From an uncultured delta proteobacterium (GTDB lineage: Bacteria; Desulfobacterota; Syntrophobacteria; BM002), in assembly GCA_963712115.1 (NCBI GenBank), contig CAVQGX010000017.1, positions 1 to 64,000 of the forward strand: a stretch of DNA of 64,000 nucleotides. Direction: 5' to 3'. Positions 51,988 to 63,491 of the stretch are shown here, piece by piece. The translations under genes were made by a program, and so were the position numbers. Every line of letters begins with the position of its first letter. Position 1 is the first letter of the stretch. A model generated the notes under the pieces. The model searched no databases, was not told the origin of the DNA, and saw only the letters and a list, made by a program, of their open reading frames with translations.

Positions 51988-53655
51988 TCAAATATCGTCC
52001 CGCAGCACTGCCCCTTTCGCACCTGAAGTCACTAGCTTGCTGTACCTGTAGACATAGCCTTCCTTGATCTTGGGCTCCGGGGGTCGCCAACGTTCCCGCC
52101 GCTTCTTGAGTTCCTCCTCCGAGACTTTTAGACTCACCCGTTTGGCGGTAATGTTGATTTCGATTCGGTCTCCCTCTTCCACAAGGGCTATGGGACCACC
52201 GTCAGCTGCCTCAGGAGAAATGTGACCTATAGCGGCACCCTTGGTACCACCACTGAAGCGGCCGTCGGTGATCAAAGCAACCTCTTTGTCTAAACCCATT
52301 CCAACGATAGCTGAGGTGGGAGTCAGCATCTCTCGCATGCCAGGTCCACCTTTTGGCCCTTCATAGCGAATCACCACCACATCGCCACTCCTAATTTGCC
52401 GGTTCATAATGGCTTCCACCGCATCCTCTTCGGCATCGAACACCCGGGCGGTTCCTTCGTTCACCATCATCTCAGGTGCCACAGCCGATTGCTTGACTAC
52501 AGCGCCCTCTGGAGCTAGGTTGCCGAACAATATTGCTATGCCCCCTTCAGCGTGGTAAGCCTCCTTTATTTCTCGAATTACTTTAGAATCCTTAACTTTT
52601 ACTCCCTGGAGATTTTCTCCCACGGTCTTGCCGGTAACAGTCAAGGGCTTTTGATGAATCAAGTCGGCCTCCGCCAGTCTGGCCATTACTCCATGAACCC
52701 CTCCGGCTTCATCTAAATCCTCTAGCCGGTGAGGTCCAGCTGGGCTTAGGCTGCAGAGGTGAGGAATTCTTTGGCTGACCTGATTGAACAGATTCAGGTC
52801 AAGATCTATCTTTGCCTCATTGGCGATGGCGGGAACATGAAGAACGGTGTTGGTCGAACAGCCCAAAGCCATATCTATGGCAATGGCGTTCTCGAAGGCT
52901 TCTTTTGTGGCGATTTGTCGTGGCGTTATGTTTCGGGAAATCAATTCCATAATCTGCATGCCCGCCTTTTTGGCCAGACGGTAGCGAGCCGCAGCCACAG
53001 CTGGAATGGTACCATTGCCAGGAAGCCCAAGGCCCAGAGCTTCTGTGAGACAATTCATCGAATTGGCGGTAAACATTCCGGCGCAAGAGCCACACCCGGG
53101 GCAAGCGCAATCCTCTATCTCAGTCAATTTTTCTTCAGTCATCTTTTCAGATTTTACTGCCCCTACTCCCTCGAAAACAGTTATCAGATCAATTACTTTG
53201 TTATCCATCCTGCCAGCGAGCATGGGGCCACCACTGACAACCAGCGCAGGAATGTTGAGCCGGAGAAGGGCCATCAGCATCCCCGGGACCACTTTGTCAC
53301 AATTGGGGATAGCGACAATCCCGTCGAAGGGATGAGCCTTTGCCATTATCTCCACTGAATCGGCTATAAGTTCACGGCTGCAAAGGGAATATTTCATGCC
53401 CTCATGGTTCATGGCAATGCCGTCACAAACGCCTATGGTATTAAACTCTATTGGCGTCCCACCCGCCAACCGAATACCCGCCTTAACCGCCTCGGCTATT
53501 CGATCCAGATGGATATGGCCCGGAATAATTTCGTTGGCCGAGTTTGCGATGCCCACCATGGGCCGGGCGATCTCTTCATCGGTAAGGCCCATTGCTTTAA
53601 ACAAAGAACGGTGGGGGGCCTTCTCCACTCCTTTTTTCATAACATCGCTACGCAT
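51988..53655 (-). CDS. ilvD: Dihydroxy-acid dehydratase
   Basis: [30 protein letters not shown] and TDGRFSG motifs. Confidence 0.98.
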   Translation of the reverse strand: MRSDVMKKGVEKAPHRSLFKAMGLTDEEIARPMVGIANSANEIIPGHIHLDRIAEAVKAGIRLAGGTPIEFNTIGVCDGIAMNHEGMKYSLCSRELIADSVEIMAKAHPFDGIVAIPNCDKVVPGMLMALLRLNIPALVVSGGPMLAGRMDNKVIDLITVFEGVGAVKSEKMTEEKLTEIEDCACPGCGSCAGMFTANSMNCLTEALGLGLPGNGTIPAVAAARYRLAKKAGMQIMELISRNITPRQIATKEAFENAIAIDMALGCSTNTVLHVPAIANEAKIDLDLNLFNQVSQRIPHLCSLSPAGPHRLEDLDEAGGVHGVMARLAEADLIHQKPLTVTGKTVGENLQGVKVKDSKVIREIKEAYHAEGGIAILFGNLAPEGAVVKQSAVAPEMMVNEGTARVFDAEEDAVEAIMNRQIRSGDVVVIRYEGPKGGPGMREMLTPTSAIVGMGLDKEVALITDGRFSGGTKGAAIGHISPEAADGGPIALVEEGDRIEINITAKRVSLKVSEEELKKRRERWRPPEPKIKEGYVYRYSKLVTSGAKGAVLRDDI

Positions 53656-53869
53656 GGCATTCCTCCGAAGATATGCTGAAGTTGTAATCTTGGACAGTCA
53701 GCTTTGACGGTAGGTAGAGACTTCAAAGTCATTAAGATACCTAGGGACTTTAGAATAAAACCCCTTCATTATCAAGGACAAAAATAACACTTGACAGTGT
53801 TTGGTGATAGCTATAGTTTACTTTTAAAAGTTAGCTGACCTCTTCATTCATCTCACCAGGAAAAACGAA

Positions 53870-54295
53870 ATGGATGATTACAAAGCCCTTTATCCAATCG
53901 GCATCGTTGCTGAGCTTTTGAATATCCATCCCCGCACCCTAAGAATCTACGAGCGCGAGGGCTTGATCAAACCAGCCCGGCGCAGCGGTAAGAGGTTCTT
54001 TTCTAACAACGATTTAAAATGGCTCAGGTGCCTCCGTAAGCTAATTCATGAAGACGGCCTTAATATTGCCGGGATAAAGAAACTCTTGACCCTCGCCACC
54101 TGCTGGGAAATTCGTCAATGTGCTGAAGAAGAGCGCAAGAACTGCCCGGCAGTGCTTGATTTTCCTGTTCCTTGCTGGGAGCTAAAGCCTAAAGCTTGTC
54201 TCAATAAAGAGCTCGAGTGTACCACCTGCGAGGTTTATCGCACCAAAAAAGAGCAACTGATGCTCGACAATCGTTGTGATGAGACACCTTCCTAG
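53870..54295 (+). CDS. MerR/HspR-like regulator with Cys-rich (CW-repeat) C-terminus
   Basis: IGIVAELL.IHPRTLRIYEREGLI and GLNIAGIK; CWE..C..C..CWE..C..C..C tail. Confidence 0.85.
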   Translation: MDDYKALYPIGIVAELLNIHPRTLRIYEREGLIKPARRSGKRFFSNNDLKWLRCLRKLIHEDGLNIAGIKKLLTLATCWEIRQCAEEERKNCPAVLDFPVPCWELKPKACLNKELECTTCEVYRTKKEQLMLDNRCDETPS

Positions 54296-54337
54296 TTAGT
54301 ACCCCAGGAATATCTAGCCTGAGAATCTTGCCTTGAC

Positions 54338-54366
54338 TTGACGCAGACTCCCGGACTTTTTATAAT
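54338..54366 (+). promoter_or_regulatory. Sigma70 promoter for the activase pair
   Basis: TTGACG-17-TATAAT. Confidence 0.75.
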
Positions 54367-54536
54367 TCCCCCAGTCACGGAAGCCGACCGAGCAAATTCC
54401 AAGATGTAAAGCTCAGATTAAATTTGGACTTGCGGAAGGGCCCGTGATATTGTCAGCCATGAGACAGCCATCGAAACCTCTTTCTTGAATAGGGGCACCC
54501 AACACCAAATTATCTAAACGTCCATCTGAGGCTATT

Positions 54537-57500
54537 ATGTACACTGTGGGCATCGACATTGGTTCCGTAAGCATCAACTGTGTAGCATTGGATAAAGATG
54601 GTGATCTTGTCTACGAAGCACCCTACCAACGCCATTTCGGCAGGTTTGTGCCGCAAACCTTGCAGACCTTTGAGGCAATATACCAGCGCTTTGGTGAGGA
54701 TCAGATAAGATCCGTCGCTTTCACCGGCAATCATGGCAAAATCATCGCCTCCCGTCTCAAGGCTCTTTACGAGTATGAATCCATCACCCAGGTCCTCGGT
54801 GTGCTCTATCTTGTTCCCGACGCCACTGCCATTGTCACCATGGGAGGTCAAGATGCCGCCCTGTACCTGCTCACCCATCGTGACGATCAGTGGTACCTCA
54901 AATCTTTCGCCATGAATGGACCTTGCGCTGCCGGGACCGGCTCCTTTATCGACCAGCAGGCAGAAAGACTCTCGTCATTTCTTTACGACGAAAATGTCAC
55001 ATTTTCTCAAGAGCACATATCAGAGATTCTTGCCGATTTTATAGCTCGGGGGCAGGATAGCACCGGTGCTGCTCCAGTGGCCTGTCGCTGCACTGTTTTT
55101 ACCAAATCGGATATGATCCATTTGCAAAATAAAGGCGAGCCCCTGGCAAACATTATCGCAGGTTTGCATCAAGGCAATGCTGCCAACTACATTAGCACCA
55201 TTGTCGCCAGCCAAGAGGTAAAAGCTCCAGTTGTCTTTATAGGCGGTGTAGCCAGCAACCAGCTGCAAGTGAAGGCCTTTCGGCGCTACTTCCCGGATCT
55301 GATTGTTCCCGCGCACCACACCTCTCTGGGGGCACTGGGGGCAGCCCTTTTTGCCCGCCGGCAAGATAAGCGAAGCAAGCCAGATCTCACTGCCTTGGAG
55401 ACAATGGCGGATGAAGCAGCCAGCGACTTCCCCATAGCTCCGCCCCTGCGTTTGCACAAGACCAAGTTCACAGATAATGTGATTCTCCCTAAACGAAAGC
55501 GGGCGCCCAGTACAAAGTTACAGGTTTACTTGGGGGTAGACGTTGGCTCCACCACAACTAAAACCGTTCTTATGGATGTTAACCGGAACATTATCCACAA
55601 ACAGTACGTCCACACCCAGGGCAAACCCATCGAAGTGACCCAGAGGCTTCTGGCCGGCATCAGTGAGGAATTTGGTGATAGTCTGGAGTTTTTGGCCACT
55701 GCCACTACAGGCTCTGGCCGTCACGTGGTAGGTGATTTTATTAGTGCAGATCTCATCATCGACGAAATAACTGCCCATGCTCGGGCGGCGGTCCATTGGG
55801 ATCCGGAGGTAGACACGGTTTTCGAGATAGGCGGTCAGGATTCAAAATACATCTGGATTGAGCAGGGCAACCCCATGGATTTTGACATGAACAAGGTCTG
55901 TGCCGCCGGAACTGGAAGTTTTCTTCACGAACTGGCTAACAAACTCCGAATAAACATTGTTAAAGAATTCCAGGAGATTGCCCTATCCTCTAAAAGCCCC
56001 ATCAACTTGGCTGAGCGCTGCACCGTGTTTATGGAATCCGACCTGGTCTCGTACGCGCAGAAAGGTGCCCGTCTGGAAGACCTCATCGGCGGGCTCTGCT
56101 ATTCTATTGTCTACAATTACCTAAATCGTGTGGTGGAAAAAAGAAGGATCGGCAAAAGAGTAATGTTCCTCGGCGGACCCTCTCTGAACAAAGGGATTGT
56201 CGCAGCCTTTGAAAATGTTCTTCGGCAAGAAATTATCATGCCCGAGCATCGAGAGGTCCTCGGTGCTCACGGTGCTGCCCTAAGCATCATGGAGAAGCGA
56301 CTGAATTCAAAAGTGGTGAAGTCAAATTTCCTCGGGCTCGAGCCGTCGATAAAAGCTGACATTTCCCACAAGGAGAAGATTTGTCGCGCTGACAAGAACT
56401 GCCACAACGAGTGCAAGCTGAAGATATATGACTTTGGCGGCCGCAAAAGCGTCTGGGGAGGAGACTGCGGCCGTTATGAAATGAGGGGAGATAGGAAAGA
56501 GACCGAAGAGGACTGGTTCAAAAAGCGTGAACTTCTTTTTCTCCATTACCTAAAAGATCAGGTTGTAGATTGGCAAGAACTCCAATCCAGCGGAATGGCG
56601 GCCAACCAACCATTTGAGTCCTTCAACGGCAAACCTACCATAGCTATACCGCGGGCCCTCCACTTGTTGCAGCACGGAATACTCTGGTCCCATTTCTGGA
56701 CTAAGTTAGGCTTCGCCGTTGTTTTTTCACCTAAAACCAACCACGAAATTTCAGTAGCGGGCATTGAGTCCATGACCTCAGAGACTTGCTATCCCATAAA
56801 GGTTTTCCAGGGCCACGTTAAAACCCTTATGGAAAAGACCCGCTATCTCTTCCTTCCTACCATCATAAACATGCCTACACCTCAAGAAGAGGAAGCCGGC
56901 TTTTTCTGTCCCCTTGTGCAGGGCAGTCAGTTCATGGCCAGAGCGGCCTTGGATATCCCTGATTCTGCCCTGATTTCCCCTACCGTCTACTTGAAGGAAT
57001 CCGTTGAGCGAATCGTCTTGGACCTTCATCGGAGCCTGGGGGATCGTTTAGGTCTCAGCCGACGCCAAGTCGATCGCGCCTATCGCCAAGCTCTGGAAGT
57101 TCAGTTGGCCTTTCAAAACGATCTTATCCACCATGGTCAGACCTTCCTAGAATCTCTGCAAGCCAACGACCTCTGGGTTGCGGTGAGCGGCCGTCCCTAT
57201 AACCTCTACGACGAGAGGTTGAATCTAAAACTTGGACACAATCTGGCCAAGCTGGGAATCAAGGCCATTCCTCAGGATTTTTTGGACACCTCCAGGGTGG
57301 ACTTGAGCGATTTTCCCAATATGTACTGGGGGTCGGGCGCCCAGATTATCCGCACCGCCAAGTTTGTCAAGGCCAGTTCCGGTGCTTATGGTTTACACCT
57401 CACCAATTTTAGTTGTGGTGCCGACTCTTTTATCGAACACTTTTATCGCCACGTCATGGGACAAAAACCTTATCTTATTCTAGAGCTTGACGAACACAGT

Positions 57501-57608
57501 GCAGTGGCTGGCATGATTACTCGGCTGGAAGCATTCAAAAATGTGATTCAGAACGAGCACAGCCAGACTCTAAGAAGTTGGCAGGAAACAAAGTGCTGCG
57601 CTTCATAG
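54537..57608 (+). CDS. Acyl-CoA dehydratase activase-like protein (two BadF/BcrAD ASKHA ATPase domains plus DUF2229-like region)
   Basis: GIDIGS/GVDVGS, GGQD, CAAGTGSF and RCTVF each twice; ETCYP, GRPY and CGADS motifs. Confidence 0.9.
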   Translation: MYTVGIDIGSVSINCVALDKDGDLVYEAPYQRHFGRFVPQTLQTFEAIYQRFGEDQIRSVAFTGNHGKIIASRLKALYEYESITQVLGVLYLVPDATAIVTMGGQDAALYLLTHRDDQWYLKSFAMNGPCAAGTGSFIDQQAERLSSFLYDENVTFSQEHISEILADFIARGQDSTGAAPVACRCTVFTKSDMIHLQNKGEPLANIIAGLHQGNAANYISTIVASQEVKAPVVFIGGVASNQLQVKAFRRYFPDLIVPAHHTSLGALGAALFARRQDKRSKPDLTALETMADEAASDFPIAPPLRLHKTKFTDNVILPKRKRAPSTKLQVYLGVDVGSTTTKTVLMDVNRNIIHKQYVHTQGKPIEVTQRLLAGISEEFGDSLEFLATATTGSGRHVVGDFISADLIIDEITAHARAAVHWDPEVDTVFEIGGQDSKYIWIEQGNPMDFDMNKVCAAGTGSFLHELANKLRINIVKEFQEIALSSKSPINLAERCTVFMESDLVSYAQKGARLEDLIGGLCYSIVYNYLNRVVEKRRIGKRVMFLGGPSLNKGIVAAFENVLRQEIIMPEHREVLGAHGAALSIMEKRLNSKVVKSNFLGLEPSIKADISHKEKICRADKNCHNECKLKIYDFGGRKSVWGGDCGRYEMRGDRKETEEDWFKKRELLFLHYLKDQVVDWQELQSSGMAANQPFESFNGKPTIAIPRALHLLQHGILWSHFWTKLGFAVVFSPKTNHEISVAGIESMTSETCYPIKVFQGHVKTLMEKTRYLFLPTIINMPTPQEEEAGFFCPLVQGSQFMARAALDIPDSALISPTVYLKESVERIVLDLHRSLGDRLGLSRRQVDRAYRQALEVQLAFQNDLIHHGQTFLESLQANDLWVAVSGRPYNLYDERLNLKLGHNLAKLGIKAIPQDFLDTSRVDLSDFPNMYWGSGAQIIRTAKFVKASSGAYGLHLTNFSCGADSFIEHFYRHVMGQKPYLILELDEHSAVAGMITRLEAFKNVIQNEHSQTLRSWQETKCCAS

Positions 57609-57719
57609 TAATTCGTCCGTGGTCAAAGACGCATAGAGCATAGCGCAAAGCGGATGACTGGATGGCAACAACACGCTATGCGCCATGCGCTTTGAGCTTG
57701 GCGGTGAGTAAAGTGAGCC

Positions 57720-59069
57720 ATGGGTCAGTTTGAATCACTGAAAGCTAAGGTCGGCAAATTCAGCTTGGCTAACAAGACCATCCTCATACCAGAGATGGGC
57801 CGTTCCGGCAGCTTGCTCATTGCTGCTGCCATGCGGAGCTTCGGCATCGATGCTCAAGTTATGGAAACATACAAAGACTTGCAACTGGGCAAGCAATACA
57901 CTTCTGGCAAAGAATGCTTTCCATGCCAGGTCACCCTGGGAGATGTCCTTTACCATTTGGAGCGAGAAAAAGAGCTACTCGGAGAGGCCTTCAACCCTGA
58001 AAACTATCTTTACTTCATGGCTGAATCTGGGGGACCATGCCGATTCGGCATGTATAACAAGCTGCACCGAATCATCTTAGATTCCATGGATGGTTTCAGC
58101 AAAACCCGCATTGCCTCCCTCACCGCCGAAGACTCCTATTCCCTTGGCGGCTTAATGAAGCCGGAGGAGAAGGCGCACTTCCGGAGAACTGGTTATGTGG
58201 CCGTAGTCATCAGTGATATTCTCGATCGAATGCTTTGGCGCACCCGTCCATACGAGAAGGAAAAAGGCCAGGCCGAAGCCTATTATGAGAAAACCCTGGA
58301 GAATATCTGTCTGGCAGTAGAAATACACGGCCGCAAGAAGAGATTCCAGCAAATCTACAGGATTTTAGAAGAAGCAGTCAGCAATGCTCAGGATATAATA
58401 AATCCGACAATTCCACCAAAACCACTAATAGGTATGGTGGGAGAGATTTATTTGCGTAGGCACACCAAGTCAAACCAGGATCTTATCAAGCTCCTGGAGA
58501 GTTATGGGGGGGAGGTGGTCAACGCCTCTCTAGCCGAGTGGATAAACTACGTTTCTTACGACAATATGCACAAGTCAAAGAGGAAAGCCATTCAGGCCCT
58601 GAGGCAGCGTGACCTCAAGTCACTTCGCCAACACTTGCGTAACTGGCTGAGGAACCGCATTGAACTGACTTACCAGTATTTCCGCATGGATCAGGTTTAT
58701 CGCCGGGCTAAGAAACACCTCGACCTTTGCGAAGATCACAAGATTGACAAACTTGAAAAGCAGCTTGATAACGGTCGCCTCTTTTCTTTTGAAGTGGGGA
58801 CCGAAACAGTTCTGAGCATCGCTACAGCTTTGGAGTACTGCCGCCACGGCTTTGACGGTATCGTCAACGTCTTTCCCTTCACCTGCATGCCCAGCACCAT
58901 GTGTTCAGCAGTTCTCAAACCGCTCCTTGACCGCAAGCAAATCCCTTACATCGATACCGCCTACGACGGCACCTACCAGCCCAACCTCGAGGCAGCGATT
59001 CGTACCTTTATGTACCAGGCAGCACAACATCAAAACACGCGCAGAGAGCAAGGGAACACTAGGCACTAA
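57720..59069 (+). CDS. Partner of the CoA activase (C-terminal part of the usual fused protein)
   Basis: GKECFPC, GPCRFGMY, VGEIY and PFTCMP motifs. Confidence 0.82.
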   Translation: MGQFESLKAKVGKFSLANKTILIPEMGRSGSLLIAAAMRSFGIDAQVMETYKDLQLGKQYTSGKECFPCQVTLGDVLYHLEREKELLGEAFNPENYLYFMAESGGPCRFGMYNKLHRIILDSMDGFSKTRIASLTAEDSYSLGGLMKPEEKAHFRRTGYVAVVISDILDRMLWRTRPYEKEKGQAEAYYEKTLENICLAVEIHGRKKRFQQIYRILEEAVSNAQDIINPTIPPKPLIGMVGEIYLRRHTKSNQDLIKLLESYGGEVVNASLAEWINYVSYDNMHKSKRKAIQALRQRDLKSLRQHLRNWLRNRIELTYQYFRMDQVYRRAKKHLDLCEDHKIDKLEKQLDNGRLFSFEVGTETVLSIATALEYCRHGFDGIVNVFPFTCMPSTMCSAVLKPLLDRKQIPYIDTAYDGTYQPNLEAAIRTFMYQAAQHQNTRREQGNTRH

Positions 59070-59274
59070 ACACTAAGCACTACTATCAGTGTCGTGGTGC
59101 CAATTGCTCAGTTGACAAGCTGCCCTCTGACCCCTGAAATCCGCCAAAGAATCCAGTAGTCAGTAGCAAGTAGTTGAGAAGAAATCAATTTTGATTGCCT
59201 CTCTCCTGAATTCTGGATTCTGGCTACTGACTACTTCTTTGTGGTGCCTAGTGCCTAGTCCCTAGTGCTTAGTT
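59055..59274. repeat. Nested palindromes (ACTAGGC-type outer, CAGTAGT-type inner)
   Basis: Outer arms at about 59055..59084 and 59241..59274; inner arms at about 59148..59180 and 59201..59238. Confidence 0.75.
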
Positions 59275-59429
59275 GATCTTGTGCTCTGCGCAATTCCCTT
59301 GCATTCCCCCGACCTCTGGTTTATTTTATCCTGAAGCTAATCCAGAGTCTTCCCTGTCCAGGTAAGGGAAAAGTGTGACTCACTTTTTGCGAAGGAGGTG
59401 AGCAGCCGAGATCAAGGCGTAATTACGAC

Positions 59430-60917
59430 ATGGGCCGACAAATGCTAATCAATGCCGACGAGCCCGAAGAATATCGTCTGGCAATCATCTCAGGAAAAAA
59501 GCTGGAGGAATTTTACCTCGAGACCACCACTCGTGAAAACACCGTGGGCAACATTTACAAAGGGGTGATTGAAAATATTCAGCCCAGCCTCCAAGCCGCC
59601 TTTGTAAACCTCGGCGCTGAAAAAAACGGCTTCCTTCAGCTGCATGAGATTCACCCTGACTATTATCAGCAAGAGCCACCCGCCGAAGGAAAACGCCCTC
59701 GTATCCAAGATGTTCTTAGGCCGGGCCAGGAACTCATGGTGCAGGTGGTGAAAGAAGCTACACCTACCAAAGGAGCGTTCCTCACCACCTATATTTCTCT
59801 TCCAGGCCGTTATCTTGTCCTTATGCCTGGCAGCAAACACGGAGGCATCTCCCGAAGAATCGAAGACGACCAACAGCGTCTGCGGTTGCGAAAAATAATC
59901 AGCCAACTTCAGGTGCCCGAGGGCATCCATGTCATCGTTCGAACTGCGGGTGAGAACCGGACCAAGCGCGAGTTGTCCAAGGATTTCCGCTATCTGTTTC
60001 GGCTTTGGAATAATATCAAGGATACTGCCAAAGAGGCGAAACCCCCATCCCTTCTTTATCAGGAAAGGGATCTTACTATCCGCGCAATCAGAGATTATTT
60101 CACCACCGGCGTTAAGAAAATTCTAGTTGATAACAAAGAAGTATATAAACGGGTCAAGGACTTTATGGCTGTGGTTTCCCCTCGCCATCGCTGGTTGGTC
60201 AAACTCTACAAGGAGAAGCGGCCCATTTTTGCCGAGTATCAGCTAGAGAATCAGATAGAGACCATCTATAGCAACAGGGTTGCCCTAAAATCAGGAGGCT
60301 TCCTGCAGATAGACACCACCGAGGCCTTGGTAGCCGTGGACGTCAACTCCGGCAGATACAGCCGTGAGAAAGCAATGGAAGAAACAGCATTTAAGACTAA
60401 TCTAGAGGCAGCGGTGGAAGTGCCACGACAGTTACGGCTCCGCGATCTGGGGGGGTTGGTAGTCATTGATTTCATCGATATGAAAGATCGCAAGCACATT
60501 CGTCAGGTAGAAATAACACTGCGGGAAGAGCTTAAGAAAGATCGGGCCAGAACAGAAATGGGGCGAATAAGCAAGTTTGGCCTACTGGAAGCATCGCGCC
60601 AGAGGCTTCGCCCTCCACTGCAATCCAGTTCTTATGTGTCTTGCAGCCGTTGCGGCGGAGCCGGGGTGGTCCGCTCCACTGAGGCAACCGCCCTTTCCTA
60701 TCTGCGTAAAATCTGGCTGGAGCTCAGCCGCGGTGAGGCAAATCAGGTTCACGGCTATTTTTCCAAGGAAGTAGCGGATTATTTGTTAAACAGGAAAAGA
60801 GCTGAAATCCTAAAACTGGAGAGTCGATATTCGGCAAACATTCACGTTGAGGGAAGTCAAGACATAACACCCGGACAAGGAAGATTGGAATTTTCCCACC
60901 TCGAGGTGGGAGGGTAG
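59430..60917 (+). CDS. Rne/Rng family ribonuclease
   Basis: GNIYKG, AAFVN, DVNSG, LRDLGGLVVIDFIDM and CSRCGG motifs. Confidence 0.94.
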   Translation: MGRQMLINADEPEEYRLAIISGKKLEEFYLETTTRENTVGNIYKGVIENIQPSLQAAFVNLGAEKNGFLQLHEIHPDYYQQEPPAEGKRPRIQDVLRPGQELMVQVVKEATPTKGAFLTTYISLPGRYLVLMPGSKHGGISRRIEDDQQRLRLRKIISQLQVPEGIHVIVRTAGENRTKRELSKDFRYLFRLWNNIKDTAKEAKPPSLLYQERDLTIRAIRDYFTTGVKKILVDNKEVYKRVKDFMAVVSPRHRWLVKLYKEKRPIFAEYQLENQIETIYSNRVALKSGGFLQIDTTEALVAVDVNSGRYSREKAMEETAFKTNLEAAVEVPRQLRLRDLGGLVVIDFIDMKDRKHIRQVEITLREELKKDRARTEMGRISKFGLLEASRQRLRPPLQSSSYVSCSRCGGAGVVRSTEATALSYLRKIWLELSRGEANQVHGYFSKEVADYLLNRKRAEILKLESRYSANIHVEGSQDITPGQGRLEFSHLEVGG

Positions 60918-60935
60918 AGCGAAGCTATTAATAAG

Positions 60936-61589
60936 TTACACAATCACTGTCCTCCTCACTGCGGCCACCACCTCATGAGGCTCATCCAACAACTGTATTA
61001 GGTCCATATCCTGAGGTGATATCTTACCTGTCCCAAGTAGCCGCTCACCTATCCATTCAACCAGACCTGTCCAATAATCATTGCCTACCAAAATCACCGG
61101 AAAGGGCTTGATACGATCCGTCTGGATAAGGGTTATTGCCTCAAATAGTTCGTCTAGAGTGCCGAAGCCGCCGGGGAAAACCACGTAGGCCTGCGCATAT
61201 TTTACAAACATCACCTTGCGGATGAAGAAGTACTTGAAATCCAACACCACATTGGCGTAGGTATTGGGCTGTTGCTCCATGGGAAGGTGGATGTTGAGGC
61301 CCACAGATTGAGCACCACCTTCGACAGCACCCCGGTTGGCCGCCTCCATCAGACCAGGACCGCCGCCGGTAATCACATTAAAACCATTTTCCGCAAATAG
61401 CTTGGCAATGGTCCTCGCCTTTTCGTACAGTGGATCGTCCGGTCCAACTCGAGAAGAACCGAAAATGGACACTGCCGGATAGATTTCTGCCATTGTCTCG
61501 AATCCATCCACAAATTCCGCCATTATGCGAAAGAGCCGCCAACTTTCCTTCACCGTAAAATCGTCTATTGGGTACCGTCGTTCAATCAT
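60936..61589 (-). CDS. LOG family (TIGR00730-like) protein
   Basis: TGGGPGLMEAAN, FFIRKVMF and PGGFGTLDE motifs. Confidence 0.92.
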   Translation of the reverse strand: MIERRYPIDDFTVKESWRLFRIMAEFVDGFETMAEIYPAVSIFGSSRVGPDDPLYEKARTIAKLFAENGFNVITGGGPGLMEAANRGAVEGGAQSVGLNIHLPMEQQPNTYANVVLDFKYFFIRKVMFVKYAQAYVVFPGGFGTLDELFEAITLIQTDRIKPFPVILVGNDYWTGLVEWIGERLLGTGKISPQDMDLIQLLDEPHEVVAAVRRTVIV

Positions 61590-61698
61590 GCTGCACTCCC
61601 GTATAGGGGTTTTTCGCGGGGAATATAGCTTCCCTCGCTAAAAGCACCAAAAAAGTGAGGCATTATAAAGTCATCTTCAATCTTCGTGCCACCCCAAC

Positions 61699-61720
61699 AA
61701 AAAAAGCGGGATAATCCCGC
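61699..61720 (-). terminator. Intrinsic terminator ending the Fo cluster
   Basis: GCGGGA-TTA-TCCCGC followed by T7 on the minus strand. Confidence 0.7.
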
Positions 61721-61762
61721 CCTAATCATCAAGTCTTGAGCTGCATCCGGCAGCAATAGTTA

Positions 61763-62371
61763 TTAGGTAACCACCTGTTTCAGGTTATGCAAATATTCGT
61801 TCACCAGTCGTTCCTGATCTTTTTTGTTGATTGCCTTTCGTACGCTCTCCTCAGCTGTCTTCACCGCCTCATCTATCACTTCGCGCCGGAGCTGACTTTT
61901 GGCCTGCTCGACACTATAGGTCGCTTCAAGCCTCGCCTTTTCCAACAGGTGCTCGGCTGCCTGTTCTGCGCTTGCAATGATTTTATCTCGCTCCTTTTGA
62001 CCCAGCAAACCAACAGCCTGCTGCAGCTTCTGGATTTCTTCGTCAAGCAACTCCAACTGCTTTTCCACCTCCTCCAACTTTCGTTCGGCTTCGAGATAGG
62101 ATTCCTCGGTTCCCTGAAGTTTCTCGCGAATCACCCGGGCGGACTCTTTTAAAAACCGGCTTAGAGGCTCCTTCAGCAGCTTGACCAAGAAGAAGGCGAG
62201 GATCAAGAAATTGAGCACGCGCCAGCTGTTCATCCAGATATTCTTAAAAGTGCTCTTCCCTTCTTGGGCTTCTGCAGCTACCGCACTCAAGGCCAGACCA
62301 CCCACAAGAGCGACTAGCAAAAGGCAAACCACAAAGAAGCGCAACCTCTTTTTTCCTCTATTTATGTTCAT
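61763..62371 (-). CDS. atpF: ATP synthase Fo subunit b
   Basis: WRVLNFLIL..L...P transmembrane segment followed by a long coiled coil. Confidence 0.85.
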   Translation of the reverse strand: MNINRGKKRLRFFVVCLLLVALVGGLALSAVAAEAQEGKSTFKNIWMNSWRVLNFLILAFFLVKLLKEPLSRFLKESARVIREKLQGTEESYLEAERKLEEVEKQLELLDEEIQKLQQAVGLLGQKERDKIIASAEQAAEHLLEKARLEATYSVEQAKSQLRREVIDEAVKTAEESVRKAINKKDQERLVNEYLHNLKQVVT

Positions 62372-62796
62372 GACAACTCTCTTCCAAGTACCTTCTCAGC
62401 CAGGATCTGTGACAGTTCCTTTGCCTGTTGGCGAAGCTCTACCCTCAGCCTCTCCCTCTCTTGTTCCAGTGCCTGTTGGGTTTCGGCCACTATTAGGGCT
62501 GCTTTCTCGGATACTGCCTTGATATTTTCGTCCTCTTTCTCCTTAAGTTCTTTGGTCAACTGCTCCTGACTCTCTCGTGCTTTAAGCCTCTCTTCGGTAA
62601 GCTGGTTTTCATATTTTTCTAGGTTCAAGCGGGCCGTTTCCTGCAAATTTTGGGTCTTCTCCTCCCAGGAGGTGATCTTTTGCTGGCGCTCAGCCAAAAC
62701 CTGACCTATGGGTTTAAAAAGCAGTCGATTCAAAACGAAAACCAGGATCAAGAATTGGATTACCTGAACAACAATGGTTAGATTAATTTCTACCAT
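62368..62796 (-). CDS. atpF: ATP synthase Fo subunit b-prime
   Basis: Q.IQFLIL..VLN.LLFKP....L.ER, ending in KVLGR. Confidence 0.88.
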   Translation of the reverse strand: MVEINLTIVVQVIQFLILVFVLNRLLFKPIGQVLAERQQKITSWEEKTQNLQETARLNLEKYENQLTEERLKARESQEQLTKELKEKEDENIKAVSEKAALIVAETQQALEQERERLRVELRQQAKELSQILAEKVLGRELS

Positions 62797-62991
62797 GGCA
62801 CCATCCTGAAGAGATAGTGAACTAAACCGAGCTAAAATGAACTAAAGTGCCTAAAATTTTAAAAAACTAAATTCCTAATTAATGAACTCAGGGCCACACC
62901 CCCAACTGAAAAGGGTAGAAGCCGTTGTGACTCACCGGGTAAGATTTCTTAACCTTAACGCGCAACACCCAACACTCAACCCTAAACCTGG

Positions 62992-63483
<492 letters not shown>

Positions 63484-63491
63484 CTAGCCTT

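Noticed and set aside
54374-54447. Hairpin in the activase 5-prime leader as a riboswitch
   Set aside because: Pairing (TCACGG/CCGTGA, TCCAA/TTGGA) is modest, with no terminator and no recognisable aptamer motif.
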